DNA from: Candidatus Scatovivens sp.
GTDB taxonomy: Bacteria; Bacillota; Clostridia; TANB77; CAG-508
DNA: 64,000 nt
Direction of reading: 5' to 3'
Assembly (NCBI GenBank): GCA_045646345.1
Contig: JAZRKN010000009.1
Location: 25,355-89,354, forward strand
Shown here: piece by piece, positions 19,585 through 30,376 of the stretch
Layout: each line of letters begins with the position of its first letter
How positions within the stretch are numbered: the first letter of the stretch is position 1
Position numbers and translations under genes: made by a program
Notes under the pieces: model-generated
Database searches by the model: none
What the model was told of the DNA's origin: nothing
Seen by the model: only the letters and a program-made list of their open reading frames with translations

Positions 19585-20661
19585 ATGAACGAAATTTTAA
19601 CCACAGAGATAAATGTATTCGGAATAGATGAATTTTTGTATCAAGCAGAAAAATATACAAAAGAAGTGTTTCCAAATCTAGAAATAAAAGAATTTTTTAA
19701 AGAAAGTTTAACTGGAAATTTAGGAGATTTTTTTTCTACTAGTAATATAAGTAATGTATTAACAAAAGAATTGCAAGAAACTCTAAATATATTAGCGAGT
19801 ATATTAATAATTATTATTATACATAGCATATTGAAATCTATTGTAGAAAGTTTAGGAAATTCTTCATCAAGTCAGATTGTATATTTTGTTCAATATATTG
19901 CAATTGTAACAGTTATTGTTAATTCATTTGTTAATATTTTGGACATTACAAAAGAAGCTATAAATGAAATTATAAATTTTATGAATTTACTTACACCTAT
20001 TTTTATAACTTTACTTATAACTACAGGAAATTTAGTAACAAGTAATATTGTACAACCAGTATTACTGTTTATAGTTAATTTTATAGGAAATTTTACAAAT
20101 GTTTTTTTAATACCTCTATTATTAATTTCTATTACTTTATCTATAATTTCTAATATTTCTGATAAAGTTCAAGTAAATAAATTATCAAAATTTTTTAAAA
20201 CTTCAATTGTTTGGATTTTGGGGATAATATTAACTATATTTGTAAGTGTACTCTCAATAGAAGGTACTTTAAGTAGTAGTGTTGATGGAATAACTAGTAA
20301 AACAGCTAAAGCTGCTGTTTCGAATTTTATTCCTGTTGTTGGTAAAATAATGGGAGATACAGTTGAAACTGTATTGGGATGTACAAATATATTAAAAAAT
20401 TCTGTTGGGATAGTTGGAGTAATAATTATTATAGGTATTGTACTAGTACCGATAATTAAAATATCTGTTTTATGGATTTCATTTAATATTACATCAAGTA
20501 TTTGTGAAGTTATTGCAGATGAAAAGATTGTTAAATTGTTGGATAATATTGCGGATAGTTATAAAATTTTATTTGCAATATTAGTTTCTATTTCAATAAT
20601 GTTTATTATCGGAATAACTATAGTTATAAAAATTACAAATAGTTCATTAATGTATAGGTAA
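19585..20661 (+). CDS. spoIIIAE: Stage III sporulation protein AE
   Basis: Polytopic; KTAKAAVSNFIPVVGK; ILKNSVG. Confidence 0.93.
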   Translation: MNEILTTEINVFGIDEFLYQAEKYTKEVFPNLEIKEFFKESLTGNLGDFFSTSNISNVLTKELQETLNILASILIIIIIHSILKSIVESLGNSSSSQIVYFVQYIAIVTVIVNSFVNILDITKEAINEIINFMNLLTPIFITLLITTGNLVTSNIVQPVLLFIVNFIGNFTNVFLIPLLLISITLSIISNISDKVQVNKLSKFFKTSIVWILGIILTIFVSVLSIEGTLSSSVDGITSKTAKAAVSNFIPVVGKIMGDTVETVLGCTNILKNSVGIVGVIIIIGIVLVPIIKISVLWISFNITSSICEVIADEKIVKLLDNIADSYKILFAILVSISIMFIIGITIVIKITNSSLMYR

Positions 20662-20663
20662 AT

Positions 20664-21128
20664 ATGATATTAAAAATAAGAGTTTGGTGCGAAGAATTAA
20701 TAATAGCAATAATTCTTTGTATAATAATTGAATGTTTAATTCCAAATGGAAATAATAAAAAATATGCAAAAGTAGTAATTGGTGTTTTTATTATGTTTAT
20801 AACTATCAATCCACTGTTAGAAATCTTGAATTATGAATATGACTTTGATGAAGTATTTGATATGAGATATGAGGAAACTTATAGTAGTTTAGATTATGAT
20901 ATAAAAGATGTGTATATTATTGGGATTAAAGAGGAAATAAAAAAAGAAATAATGAATCTTGGTTATAAAGTAAATGATATAAAATTTGAGTTTGATTATG
21001 GTTATGAAAAAATAAGTAAAATTAAAATTGAATTTTTAGAAAATGAAATAGATTATCAGAAGGTTTTGGATATGTTAAAAGAACGATATTTGGTTGAAAA
21101 AAATAATGTTATTATAACATTTAAGTAG
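20664..21128 (+). CDS. spoIIIAF: Stage III sporulation protein AF
   Basis: LIPNGNNKKYAKVVIG...INP; operon position. Confidence 0.88.
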   Translation: MILKIRVWCEELIIAIILCIIIECLIPNGNNKKYAKVVIGVFIMFITINPLLEILNYEYDFDEVFDMRYEETYSSLDYDIKDVYIIGIKEEIKKEIMNLGYKVNDIKFEFDYGYEKISKIKIEFLENEIDYQKVLDMLKERYLVEKNNVIITFK

Positions 21129-21136
21129 GAGGAGTT

Positions 21137-21715
21137 ATGTTTGATAAATTAAAGAACATATTTGAAAATAAGGATAAAAAAATAGAAAATTTAGTGGTTT
21201 TTTTAATTATTTTGATAATAACTTTAATTGTTATTAATAAAATTTTAGATAAAGATGAAAATGATGTCACTGATTATGAAAATAAAACTGGAGTAGAACT
21301 AGCAACTGAAAAAAATATTGATATTAATTTAGAAAATACAAATTTTGAAAAAAGATTGGAAAATATATTAAGCAAGATTTCAGGAGTTGGAAAAGTTGCA
21401 GTTCTTCTTACATATACAGAATCAGATTCATTAGTTCCAATTTATAATATTAATTCAAGTACAAGTGTTTCTGAAGAAAAAGGTAGTGATGGAATCAGCA
21501 AATTAACAGAATCAGAAAATGTTCAAAAAGATGTTGTTATGGATGAAAATGGTAGTCTTAGTGTTGAAAAGCAAATAAAACCAGTTGTAGAAGGAGCGAT
21601 AATTATTGCAGAAGGTGCATCTAATGTAAGTGTTAAAAGTAATATAATATCTGCTGTAGAAGCTGTAACTGGAGTTAAAACTCATAAAATTCAAGTTTTT
21701 GAGATGGAGGAATAG
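21137..21715 (+). CDS. spoIIIAG: Stage III sporulation protein AG
   Basis: LENILSKISGVGKV, PVVEGAIIIAEGA, HKIQVFEM. Confidence 0.93.
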   Translation: MFDKLKNIFENKDKKIENLVVFLIILIITLIVINKILDKDENDVTDYENKTGVELATEKNIDINLENTNFEKRLENILSKISGVGKVAVLLTYTESDSLVPIYNINSSTSVSEEKGSDGISKLTESENVQKDVVMDENGSLSVEKQIKPVVEGAIIIAEGASNVSVKSNIISAVEAVTGVKTHKIQVFEMEE

Positions 21716-21717
21716 GT

Positions 21718-22329
21718 ATGAAATATAATAAAGAAAGTGTAAAACAAGTTCTACTTATAACTGTTGCAATAATATTAATTTTTATGGGGTATTTTAATTA
21801 TAGTTTGGATATAAATATTGATAAAGAAAATATAGCTAAGGAAGAAAGAAATGAACATTCATTAGGTGACGTGCAATTAGTAAATGCAGAACCGTCGCTT
21901 GTTGCTAATAATGATATTGTTCCGAATGAAGAGGTTAATGATAATGGAACGACAAAAGAAATTGTAAATAATGTAAATGAAAATAAGTATTATGAAGAAA
22001 CAAAGTTGGAAAGAAATAGAATGTATTCTGAAATGCTTGAGTCATATCAAAATTTAATTGATTCACCAGAAACGCCACAAGATCAAAAAGCGATTGCAGC
22101 TAAAGAAATTTCTAATATAAATAAAAGAAAAAATGGTTTGATGATTGCTGAAAACCTAATAAAAAATAAAGGTTTTGAAGATGTTGTTATTTTAGTAAAT
22201 GATAACATAGTTAGTGTTGTTGTGAAATCATATATATTAAATCAAGAACAAATTTCTAAAATTCAAAATATTGTTGAACGAGAGTTGGATGTAGAAATTA
22301 AGAATATTAATATAAGTAATAGATATTGA
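21718..22329 (+). CDS. spoIIIAH: Stage III sporulation protein AH
   Basis: N-terminal TM, KLERNR, ENLIKNKGFEDVV; ends in TGA. Confidence 0.92.
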   Translation: MKYNKESVKQVLLITVAIILIFMGYFNYSLDINIDKENIAKEERNEHSLGDVQLVNAEPSLVANNDIVPNEEVNDNGTTKEIVNNVNENKYYEETKLERNRMYSEMLESYQNLIDSPETPQDQKAIAAKEISNINKRKNGLMIAENLIKNKGFEDVVILVNDNIVSVVVKSYILNQEQISKIQNIVERELDVEIKNINISNRY

Positions 22330-22346
22330 TTTCTCAAAAATTTCTT

Positions 22347-22375
22347 GAATATTTTTTTGCCGAAAACTAATAATA
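22347..22375 (+). promoter_or_regulatory. Putative forespore sigma-G/F-type promoter
   Basis: GAATA-N17-AATAATA matches the GHATR-N17/18-MATAMTA consensus, but the AT-rich context weakens it. Confidence 0.4.
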
Positions 22376-22423
22376 AGCTATATGAAATTAAATTTCATAT
22401 AAATTATAAAAAAGAGGTATAAT

Positions 22424-22882
22424 ATGGCAAGAAAATCTATTATTTTTGTTCTAGCTATATTAATGCTTTCATTGTTTTCGAGTATTTGTTTTGCTGCTGA
22501 TTCAGGAAACTCAATAAATTTGGGTAATGAAATAATGCAATCAATAGATAAAACAGAAAATAGTATGAAGAATGTGGTTTCTGGAAATGCAGTAAGAGAT
22601 GCAGGAAATATGATGAAAGATGGAGTGAATAGTGTAGGAAATGGAATAAATAATATGGGAAATTCTGTTAATAACGGTGTTAACCATATGGAAAATGGTA
22701 TGAATGATGGAATGAATAGAATGGAAAACGGGGATGGTTATAATGCTACGAGAACAACTGCAGAAGCAACAACAGTTAATAACACAATGACAACAACAAC
22801 TTGGATGTGGATTATACTAGCTCTTGCTGCAACAATTATTTTTGTTGCAATTTGGTATTATGCTACACAAGATAACGGCTAG
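22424..22882 (+). CDS. Exported, C-terminally membrane-anchored hypothetical protein with N/G/M-rich repeats
   Basis: Signal peptide (CFA-A), imperfect repeats, C-terminal TM WMWIILALAATIIFVAIWYY. Confidence 0.75.
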   Translation: MARKSIIFVLAILMLSLFSSICFAADSGNSINLGNEIMQSIDKTENSMKNVVSGNAVRDAGNMMKDGVNSVGNGINNMGNSVNNGVNHMENGMNDGMNRMENGDGYNATRTTAEATTVNNTMTTTTWMWIILALAATIIFVAIWYYATQDNG

Positions 22883-22883
22883 A

Positions 22884-22914
22884 AAAAAACGGCTTTATAA
22901 AAGCCGTTTTTTTT
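22884..22914. terminator. Bidirectional intrinsic terminator
   Basis: aaaaaaacggcttt-ata-aaagccgttttttt between convergent genes. Confidence 0.9.
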
Positions 22915-22927
22915 ATATATTTATAAA

Positions 22928-23272
22928 TTATTTTGATAATCTAATTAAAAGAGCAATTGCAAATAAAATTAATAAAACTCCAATTGCGATCAAGATTATT
23001 GATAATATATTGTTTAATTGTAAGTTTGCTTGTTCATAACTATTTATATTTGAAACTTTTGTAACAGAAGATGTAGATAGCGCATCTAAAGTAGATGTAC
23101 TTGGATTGTCTGGAGTTGGTATACTATTTTCTTCTGTAGTTTCGGTATTTTCTGAAATAGCATCTACTGTTTCTGGATTTTCTACATCAGAAGTAGCATG
23201 TACAAAGTTAAAATTTAAAGAAATTATTAACAATAAAAATAATATTAAACAAAATTTTATAGTTCTAGACAT
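22928..23272 (-). CDS. Small exported protein with acidic S/T linker and C-terminal TM
   Basis: AGGAGG RBS on the minus strand, signal peptide (VHA-T), C-terminal hydrophobic helix. Confidence 0.75.
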   Translation of the reverse strand: MSRTIKFCLILFLLLIISLNFNFVHATSDVENPETVDAISENTETTEENSIPTPDNPSTSTLDALSTSSVTKVSNINSYEQANLQLNNILSIILIAIGVLLILFAIALLIRLSK

Positions 23273-23504
23273 AATATCCTCCTAAATTGTACGATATAAC
23301 TATAATATACAAAAATATAAAAAAAGTCTATAGATATTTATAAAATATATTATTGTAATATTAAAAATATATGTTGAAAAAAATTTTTTTATATGTGATA
23401 ATTTATGTGTATATTTATGTATTTTATATTTAAAAATATGTATATACATATGAAAAAAGTTTATAATTTTTAATAAAAATATATATAAAGAGGAGGAACA
23501 AAAG

Positions 23505-24659
23505 ATGGCAGAAAGATTTATTCTAAATGAAACATCTTATTTTGGAAGAGGTTCAAGAGTTGAACTTGCAAATGAAATTAAAACAAGAGGATTTAATAAA
23601 GTATTAGTAGTAACAGATCAAACTTTATTAGATTGTGGAGTAGCTGGAAAAGTTATTTCAGTATTAGAAGAAGCTGGTATTGCATTTGATGTATATGCTG
23701 ATGTAAAACCAAATCCAACAGTAAAAAATGTACAAGATGGTGTTAATAAATGTAGAGAAGTAGGTGCTGACGTAATCGTTACAATTGGTGGTGGTTCAGC
23801 TATGGATACTGCAAAAGGAATATCAATAATAATGACAAATCCAGATAGATATGATGTTGTGTCATTAAATGGATTATCAAATACAGTAAACAAAGGAATG
23901 CCAGTTATAGCTTTACCTACAACACATGGAACTGCGGCAGAAGTAACAATCAATTATGTAATAACAGATGAAGAAAGACAAATAAAAATGGTTTGTGTAG
24001 ATCCACATGATATACCAGTTTTAGCTATAGTAGATTCAGAATTAATGGAAACACTTCCAAAAGGAACAGCAGCTGCTACAGGTTTAGATGCTTTAACACA
24101 TGCGGTTGAAGGATATATAACTAAAGCTCACAATACAATGTCTGATATGTTCCATATGAGAGCAATTGAATTAATATTTGAAAATTTACCAAAAGCAGTT
24201 AACGAAAAAGATTCAGCAGCTATTGAAAACATGGCTTTAGCTCAATATATGGCTGGAATGGGATTCTCAAATGTAGGATTAGGAATTGTTCACTCAATGG
24301 CTCACCAATTAGGTGCTGTTTATGATACACCACATGGAATTGCTAACGCAATAATTCTTCCAACAGTAATGAGATTTAACGGAGAAGTATGTGCTGATAG
24401 ATTTAGAGAAATTTTATGTCATATTGGAAGACCAGATGCAAAAGATTTAAATGATCAAGATGTTATAAATACATTCGTATGGATGATACAAGAATTATCA
24501 AAATCAGTAGGAGTTACTCAAACTGTAAAAGATACTGGATGTAAAGAAGAAGATATAGAAATGCTTGCAGATAAAGCAATGGAAGATCCTTGTAAACCAG
24601 GAAATCCAAGAGAAGTAACTAAAGAAGATTTTATAAGATTATATAGAGAAGCAATGTAA
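23505..24659 (+). CDS. fucO: Lactaldehyde reductase / iron-containing alcohol dehydrogenase
   Basis: RFILNETSYFG, GGGSAMD, PTTHGTAAEVTINYVITD, DALTHAVEGY, HSMAHQLG, PHG. Confidence 0.88.
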   Translation: MAERFILNETSYFGRGSRVELANEIKTRGFNKVLVVTDQTLLDCGVAGKVISVLEEAGIAFDVYADVKPNPTVKNVQDGVNKCREVGADVIVTIGGGSAMDTAKGISIIMTNPDRYDVVSLNGLSNTVNKGMPVIALPTTHGTAAEVTINYVITDEERQIKMVCVDPHDIPVLAIVDSELMETLPKGTAAATGLDALTHAVEGYITKAHNTMSDMFHMRAIELIFENLPKAVNEKDSAAIENMALAQYMAGMGFSNVGLGIVHSMAHQLGAVYDTPHGIANAIILPTVMRFNGEVCADRFREILCHIGRPDAKDLNDQDVINTFVWMIQELSKSVGVTQTVKDTGCKEEDIEMLADKAMEDPCKPGNPREVTKEDFIRLYREAM

Positions 24660-24664
24660 TAATA

Positions 24665-24705
24665 AAAAGAATCACCGCATATATAAATATGGGGTGATTC
24701 TTTTT
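24665..24705 (+). terminator. Intrinsic terminator
   Basis: aaaaagaatcacc...ggtgattcttttt. Confidence 0.8.
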
Positions 24706-25618
24706 GATATATATAGAACTTGAAGATTATTTGGAAAATGATGATGAAAGACGTGGATTTTTTTCTAAGAAAATACAGGCTATAAAAAATAAATTTTTAA
24801 AATTAAAAATTGAAAAATTTGAAGATATTGTCTTGATAAAAATTCCTAATACAGAAAAAAGTGTATTAGATAAGCTAGCTAAATATATAAAAATAAAATG
24901 TATTACAAGGGTTTGTTTGTCAAAAAAATTAATGAATAATTTTGAATTTATAAATTTTATAGAAAATCAAAAAGTGAAAATTTTTGATGGAAGATGGTTG
25001 TTTAAATATTTAATAAATGATTGTATTCAATATATTTGTTCATCCAAAAAAGAAAATATGCAATATCAAGAAATATCTTTTGTAATAAATAAGCTTGATA
25101 GAGTGGGCTTTTTTAATATATTAGAAATAGCTCCTAAAGTAAAAGTGTTAAATATAATAACGTCTAATGTGAAACAATTTAAAAGAATTGAAAATATATT
25201 ATATGAAGAAAGTGGGATTGTTTTAAATATCAATAATAACTATTCAAAGAGTTTAATAAAAAGTGATATTATATTTAATTTTGATTTTTCTGAAGAAGAA
25301 TTTAATAAATATGAGTTGCCAAGAAAAGCTTGTATAATAAATTTAAATCAAGAAATGAATATAAAATCTAAAAGTTTTGAGGGTATAAATTCTAATTTTT
25401 ATGAGATTCAAATGCCGGTAAAGTATTTGAAAAATATATGTTTAAAAGATTTTTTCGATGAGATTTTATACGAAAGTTATATTTATAAAAATACTAATCC
25501 TGAAAATATAAAAAGGGAATTAAAACAAGATAATATTAGAATAAATTTTCTTATAGGAAAGAATGAGCGAATAAGAAAAAATGAATATTTAAAATTATCA
25601 AAAAAAATGGTAAATTAG
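24704..25618 (+). CDS. Hypothetical protein (start uncertain)
   Basis: 304-aa ORF filling the gap between fucO and greA. SDIIFNFD hints at a degenerate Rossmann-like region. Confidence 0.65.
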   Translation: MIYIELEDYLENDDERRGFFSKKIQAIKNKFLKLKIEKFEDIVLIKIPNTEKSVLDKLAKYIKIKCITRVCLSKKLMNNFEFINFIENQKVKIFDGRWLFKYLINDCIQYICSSKKENMQYQEISFVINKLDRVGFFNILEIAPKVKVLNIITSNVKQFKRIENILYEESGIVLNINNNYSKSLIKSDIIFNFDFSEEEFNKYELPRKACIINLNQEMNIKSKSFEGINSNFYEIQMPVKYLKNICLKDFFDEILYESYIYKNTNPENIKRELKQDNIRINFLIGKNERIRKNEYLKLSKKMVN

Positions 25619-25619
25619 C

Positions 25620-25648
25620 TTGACAAAACCTAAAATAAACCGTATTAT
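25620..25648 (+). promoter_or_regulatory. Sigma-A promoter of greA
   Basis: TTGACA-N17-TATTAT. Confidence 0.7.
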
Positions 25649-25689
25649 AATTTAAGTATAAAAGAAACAATTAAAGGAGGCCTTTTATA

Positions 25690-26166
25690 ATGGGAGAAAA
25701 AGAATATTTATTAACACAAGAAGGTTATGATAATTTAGAAAAAGAATTAGAAAGATTAAAAACAGTTGAAAGATATGAGATTGCTGAAAGAATAAAAGTA
25801 GCTTTAGGATTTGGAGATTTATCAGAAAACTCTGAATATGATGAAGCAAAAAATGCACAAGCAAATAATGAAATAAAAATAGCTGAATTAGAAGAAAAAA
25901 TCAAATATGCTAAAATTATAGATGAATCTGAAATTGATACAGAAGTTGTTCAAGTAGGAAATATTGTTAAAGTTTTAGATATAGAATTTGATGAAACAGT
26001 AGAATATACAATTGTTGGTTCAACAGAAGTTGATGTTGTTGCAAATAAAATATCAAATGAATCTCCAATCGGAATGGCTTTATTAGGTAAAAAAAGAAAT
26101 AACGTTGTAGAAGTTCAAGCTCCTGTTGGAATAATTAAATTAAAAATATTATCAATAAAAAAATAG
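25690..26166 (+). CDS. greA: Transcription elongation factor GreA
   Basis: [22 protein letters not shown]. Confidence 0.97.
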   Translation: MGEKEYLLTQEGYDNLEKELERLKTVERYEIAERIKVALGFGDLSENSEYDEAKNAQANNEIKIAELEEKIKYAKIIDESEIDTEVVQVGNIVKVLDIEFDETVEYTIVGSTEVDVVANKISNESPIGMALLGKKRNNVVEVQAPVGIIKLKILSIKK

Positions 26167-26173
26167 AAAAATA

Positions 26174-26205
26174 AAAAAAGATATATGCGTGCATATATCT
26201 TTTTT
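26174..26205 (+). terminator. Intrinsic terminator
   Basis: aaaaaagatatatgc-gt-gcatatatctttttt. Confidence 0.75.
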
Positions 26206-26342
26206 GTTGTTTTATAAAGCTTTAAAATACTATAAATATCGAAAAACTATGTAGACAAATTATAAAAAATTAGATATTCTTAATGTGTATTAAAAGTCAA
26301 AAAAATATAAACAAATATAAATAAAAAGAAAGGGATGAAATT

Positions 26343-26783
26343 ATGAAAAGAATAAGAGTTGCAGGTTTAGTAGAAATGGAAAATGGATATGCACTTATGC
26401 ATAGAATGAATGTAAAGAAAAAAGAAAATTCTAATGCACCATATGGAGAGTATTATGTATTTCCTGGTGGAGGAATAGAAGGTGATGAAGCTTTCGAAGA
26501 AGGTGTTGCAAGAGAAGTTTTAGAAGAATTTGGAATAAATGTAGAAGTAAAAGAAAAACTATATTTTAGACAAATTGGTGAAGAATTAGATGAATATTTA
26601 TATTTGTGCAAATATGTGAGTGGAACATTAGGAACTGGTACAGGGCCTGAATTTTCAGGGGATCCTAAATATGCTGATAGAGGACTTTATATTCCAACGA
26701 TAGTTCCAAAAAATGAAATAAGAAACATAAGATTATTACCAGAAGAATTTAAAGAAAAATTAGTAAAAGATTTTAATTTATAA
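26343..26783 (+). CDS. NUDIX hydrolase
   Basis: Nudix box FPGGGIEGDEAFEEGVAREVLEEFGI. Confidence 0.9.
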   Translation: MKRIRVAGLVEMENGYALMHRMNVKKKENSNAPYGEYYVFPGGGIEGDEAFEEGVAREVLEEFGINVEVKEKLYFRQIGEELDEYLYLCKYVSGTLGTGTGPEFSGDPKYADRGLYIPTIVPKNEIRNIRLLPEEFKEKLVKDFNL

Positions 26784-26797
26784 AAAGAGGTATTTAA

Positions 26798-27325
26798 ATG
26801 AAAGTATATATTGTAAGACATGGGCAAACCGATTCTAATTTAGCTAAAGTGTATAATTTTCAAGGTGAAGATATAAATAAAAATGGAATTGAGCAAGCAA
26901 AAATTTTAAGTGAAAAAATAAAAGATTTAAAATACGATGTGGTTTATTGTTCTCCATTTTTGAGAGCTAGACATACAGCAGAAATTATAAATAGAAACAA
27001 CATTCAAACAATATATGATGAAAGAATTCAAGAAAGAAATCCAGGAAATCTAGAAGGAAAACCATGGGGGACTACAGATAGAAATGAATATTGGAATTAT
27101 TATTCAAAGAATAAATTTGGAACTGAAGAATCAGTTGAGCATTTATTTGAAAGAGTATATTCATTTTTAGAAGATTTGAAAAATAAAGATTATGAAAGTG
27201 TTTTAGTTGTTGCGCATAGCGGTGTATCTAAAGCTTTTTATGGTTATTTTAATGGTATTCCAGAAGATGGCAATTTTTTGGAATTAGGACTAAAAAATGG
27301 AGAGATTGCAGAATATAAATTTTAA
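26798..27325 (+). CDS. Histidine phosphatase family protein
   Basis: VRHGQT, SPFLRARHTA, VVAHSG. Confidence 0.9.
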   Translation: MKVYIVRHGQTDSNLAKVYNFQGEDINKNGIEQAKILSEKIKDLKYDVVYCSPFLRARHTAEIINRNNIQTIYDERIQERNPGNLEGKPWGTTDRNEYWNYYSKNKFGTEESVEHLFERVYSFLEDLKNKDYESVLVVAHSGVSKAFYGYFNGIPEDGNFLELGLKNGEIAEYKF

Positions 27326-27511
27326 TGTAAGAGGGTTTTACTTTTCATAAAATAAATAATAAAAAATTATGTTATCATAAGCGAAAAATGACGATTAAAA
27401 ATATAAAAAATATGTAAAAAAATAGTGAAAAATAAAAACTTTTATGATAGAATACAAAAAGTATAATTGTATACTTAATTAATAAAAATTAAATATAAAA
27501 GGAGAAGGATA

Positions 27512-28219
27512 ATGGTAGCCTATAAAAGAGTTCTATTAAAATTAAGCGGTGAAGCTTTATCTGGAAAAGAAGGTCATGGAATTGATCCAGAAGTAGTTGG
27601 TTCGATATGTGATAAAGTAAAAGAAATTGTAGATATGGGAGTTCAAGTATCAATTGTTGTCGGAGGAGGAAACTTCTGGAGAGGACTAAAAAATGGTAAA
27701 AAAATGAACGACAGAGCTACAGCTGATTACATGGGAATGCTAGCAACAGCTATGAATGGATTAGCACTTCAAGATGCTTTAGAGTACAGAGGTTTATACA
27801 CAAGATTACAAACTGCAATTGAAATGAGAGAAATTGCAGAACCTTATATAAAAAGAAAGGCTGAAAAACATTTGGATAGAGGAAGAGTAGTAATATTCGC
27901 TTGTGGAACAGGTCATCCATTCTTCTCAACAGACACAGCAGCAGCTTTAAGAGCAGCTGAAACAGAATCAGAAGTAATATTACTTGCTAAAACAATAGAC
28001 GGAGTATATTCTGCTGATCCTAAATTAGATCCAAATGCAGTAAAATATGATGAAATTTCATATAAAGATGTTTTAGATCAAGACTTAAAAGTTATGGATT
28101 CAACAGCAACAGCTCTTTGCAAAGATAATAATATTCCATTATTAGTATTTGCAATAAGTGATCCAGAAAATATTGTAAGAGCTGTAAAAGGTGAAAATGT
28201 GGGTACAATAGTATCTTAA
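27512..28219 (+). CDS. pyrH: UMP kinase
   Basis: [32 protein letters not shown]. Confidence 0.97.
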   Translation: MVAYKRVLLKLSGEALSGKEGHGIDPEVVGSICDKVKEIVDMGVQVSIVVGGGNFWRGLKNGKKMNDRATADYMGMLATAMNGLALQDALEYRGLYTRLQTAIEMREIAEPYIKRKAEKHLDRGRVVIFACGTGHPFFSTDTAAALRAAETESEVILLAKTIDGVYSADPKLDPNAVKYDEISYKDVLDQDLKVMDSTATALCKDNNIPLLVFAISDPENIVRAVKGENVGTIVS

Positions 28220-28253
28220 AAAATAAAATATAAAAATGAAAGGAAGTTTTAAA

Positions 28254-28802
28254 ATGGATTTACAAGAATTAGAAGGAAGAATGATAAAATCAATAGATGT
28301 ATTTAGTCAAAATTTATCAGAAATTAGAGCTGGAAGAGCAAACCCAGCAATATTAAACAAAATTAGTGTTGAATATTATGGAGTTCCAACTCCAATAAAT
28401 CAAGTAGCTGGAATTTCAGTTCCAGAAGCTAGAACAATCGTTATTCAACCATGGGATGCAAGTGTTTTAAAAGCAATTGAAAAAGCAATTTTAGCATCAG
28501 ATATTGGATTGAACCCAAATAATGATGGAAAATTAATTAGATTAAATTTTCCTGAATTAACAGCTGATAGAAGAAAAGAATTAGCTAAAGATGTTAGAAA
28601 ATTAGCTGAAGAAGCTAAAGTAAGTATTCGTGCTATAAGAAGAGATGGTATGGATGTAATTAAAGATGAACTAAAAAAATCAGAAATAACAGAAGATGGA
28701 AAAGCTGATTTAGAAGATAAAATACAAAAATTAACAGATAAATATGTTGCTGAAATTGATAAATTAACTGAAAACAAAGAAAAAGAAATAATGAGTATAT
28801 AA
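28254..28802 (+). CDS. frr: Ribosome recycling factor
   Basis: IRAGRANP, LNPNNDG, PELTADRRKEL. The ATG at 28254 follows AAGGAAG. Confidence 0.96.
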   Translation: MDLQELEGRMIKSIDVFSQNLSEIRAGRANPAILNKISVEYYGVPTPINQVAGISVPEARTIVIQPWDASVLKAIEKAILASDIGLNPNNDGKLIRLNFPELTADRRKELAKDVRKLAEEAKVSIRAIRRDGMDVIKDELKKSEITEDGKADLEDKIQKLTDKYVAEIDKLTENKEKEIMSI

Positions 28803-28813
28803 TTGGAGTAATT

Positions 28814-29521
28814 ATGGAAGAAAGAATAATGCCAAAACATATTGCCATCATAATGGATGGCAATAGAAGATGGGCTAAACAAAGAAGTTTACCAGTAAAA
28901 TTGGGACATAAACAAGGTGCTGAAACTCTAAAAAAAGTAGTAAGATATGCTAATGAAATTGGTATAAAATACGTTACAGTATATGCTTTTTCTACAGAAA
29001 ATTGGAAAAGAAGCGAGGAAGAAGTTAGTGCATTAATGAATCTTTTAGAAACATATCTAGATGATTTTGCCAAAGAAGCTGATACAGAAAATATTGTAAT
29101 TAGAGTTTTAGGAAATATGGCTCAATTGTCAGAATCTTTACAAGAAAGTATTAGAAAAACAATTGAGAGAACAGAAAATAATACAGGAACAATTTTTAAT
29201 ATAGCATTAAACTATGGTGGAAGAGATGAAATTACTAATGCAGCTAAGAGCTTAGCCAAAGATGTTAAAGAAGGAAATGTTGCATTAGAAGAAATTTCAG
29301 AAGAACTATTTGCTAAATATTTATATACAAAAAATGATCCTGATCCGGATTTATTAATAAGAACAAGTGGAGAATTGAGATTAAGCGGATTCTTGCCTTG
29401 GCAATCTACATATTCAGAGTTCTTGTTTTTAGATAAACTATGGCCTGATTTTTCTAAAGAGGATTTAGATAATGCGATAGAAGTATTTTCAAAAAGAAAT
29501 AGAAAATTTGGAGCTAAATAA
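28814..29521 (+). CDS. uppS: Undecaprenyl diphosphate synthase (cis-prenyltransferase)
   Basis: HIAIIMDGNRRWA, YAFSTENWKR, RTSGELRLSGFL. Confidence 0.97.
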   Translation: MEERIMPKHIAIIMDGNRRWAKQRSLPVKLGHKQGAETLKKVVRYANEIGIKYVTVYAFSTENWKRSEEEVSALMNLLETYLDDFAKEADTENIVIRVLGNMAQLSESLQESIRKTIERTENNTGTIFNIALNYGGRDEITNAAKSLAKDVKEGNVALEEISEELFAKYLYTKNDPDPDLLIRTSGELRLSGFLPWQSTYSEFLFLDKLWPDFSKEDLDNAIEVFSKRNRKFGAK

Positions 29522-29541
29522 AATATATAACAAAGGATAGT

Positions 29542-30366
29542 GTGAGAAAAATGATGAAAAGAATTATTACAGCACTAATAGGTTTTCCTATTGTTGTTGC
29601 TGTACTTGCATTTGCTAACAAATATGTTGTTGATATAATAGTTGCAATTGTTGCATTAATATCAATGAACGAATATATTAAATGTGTCGCACATAAAGAT
29701 GTTCATGTAATAAAATGGGTTAGTTATTTATCTGTTTTAGGAATTGCATTAATACATGTGATACCACAAGCGTTATATTTGAATATTTTGATATTTGCAA
29801 TGCCAGTATTACTTATGATTTTGTTTTTACATGTAATTGTAACTGATATGAAAATAACATTTCAAGATGTTGCTTATACATTAATAGGAATAATATATAT
29901 ATATTCATTTTTAGTATTTTTAGCAGCAATTTTCGGAATTGAAGGTTCAGTTTCAGGAAGATTATTAATATGGTATGTATTTTGTGCTGCATGGGGAACT
30001 GATACATTGGCATATTTTGCAGGAATGAAATTTGGAAAACATAAATTTAGCAAAGTAAGTCCTAAAAAGTCAATAGAAGGCTGCGTTGCAGGAGTGATTG
30101 GATCACTAGTTTTATGTTTGATATATACTTTTGCAATAAATACAATTTTTGGATTAACAATACCATATGTATGGGTTTCAATTATGAGTGTAATACTAAG
30201 TGTAATTGGTCAAGTAGGTGATTTTTCAGCATCAGTTATAAAAAGATATTTTGATGTTAAAGATTATAGCAATATCTTTCCAGGGCATGGTGGAATGCTA
30301 GACAGAATAGATAGCGCAATGTTTATATCACCATTTGCATATATGTTTATTATGATAATATTATAG
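29542..30366 (+). CDS. cdsA: Phosphatidate cytidylyltransferase
   Basis: SPKKSIEG, KRYFDVKD..IFPGHGGMLDRIDS. Confidence 0.96.
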   Translation: MRKMMKRIITALIGFPIVVAVLAFANKYVVDIIVAIVALISMNEYIKCVAHKDVHVIKWVSYLSVLGIALIHVIPQALYLNILIFAMPVLLMILFLHVIVTDMKITFQDVAYTLIGIIYIYSFLVFLAAIFGIEGSVSGRLLIWYVFCAAWGTDTLAYFAGMKFGKHKFSKVSPKKSIEGCVAGVIGSLVLCLIYTFAINTIFGLTIPYVWVSIMSVILSVIGQVGDFSASVIKRYFDVKDYSNIFPGHGGMLDRIDSAMFISPFAYMFIMIIL

Positions 30367-30376
30367 GAGGAAGAAA

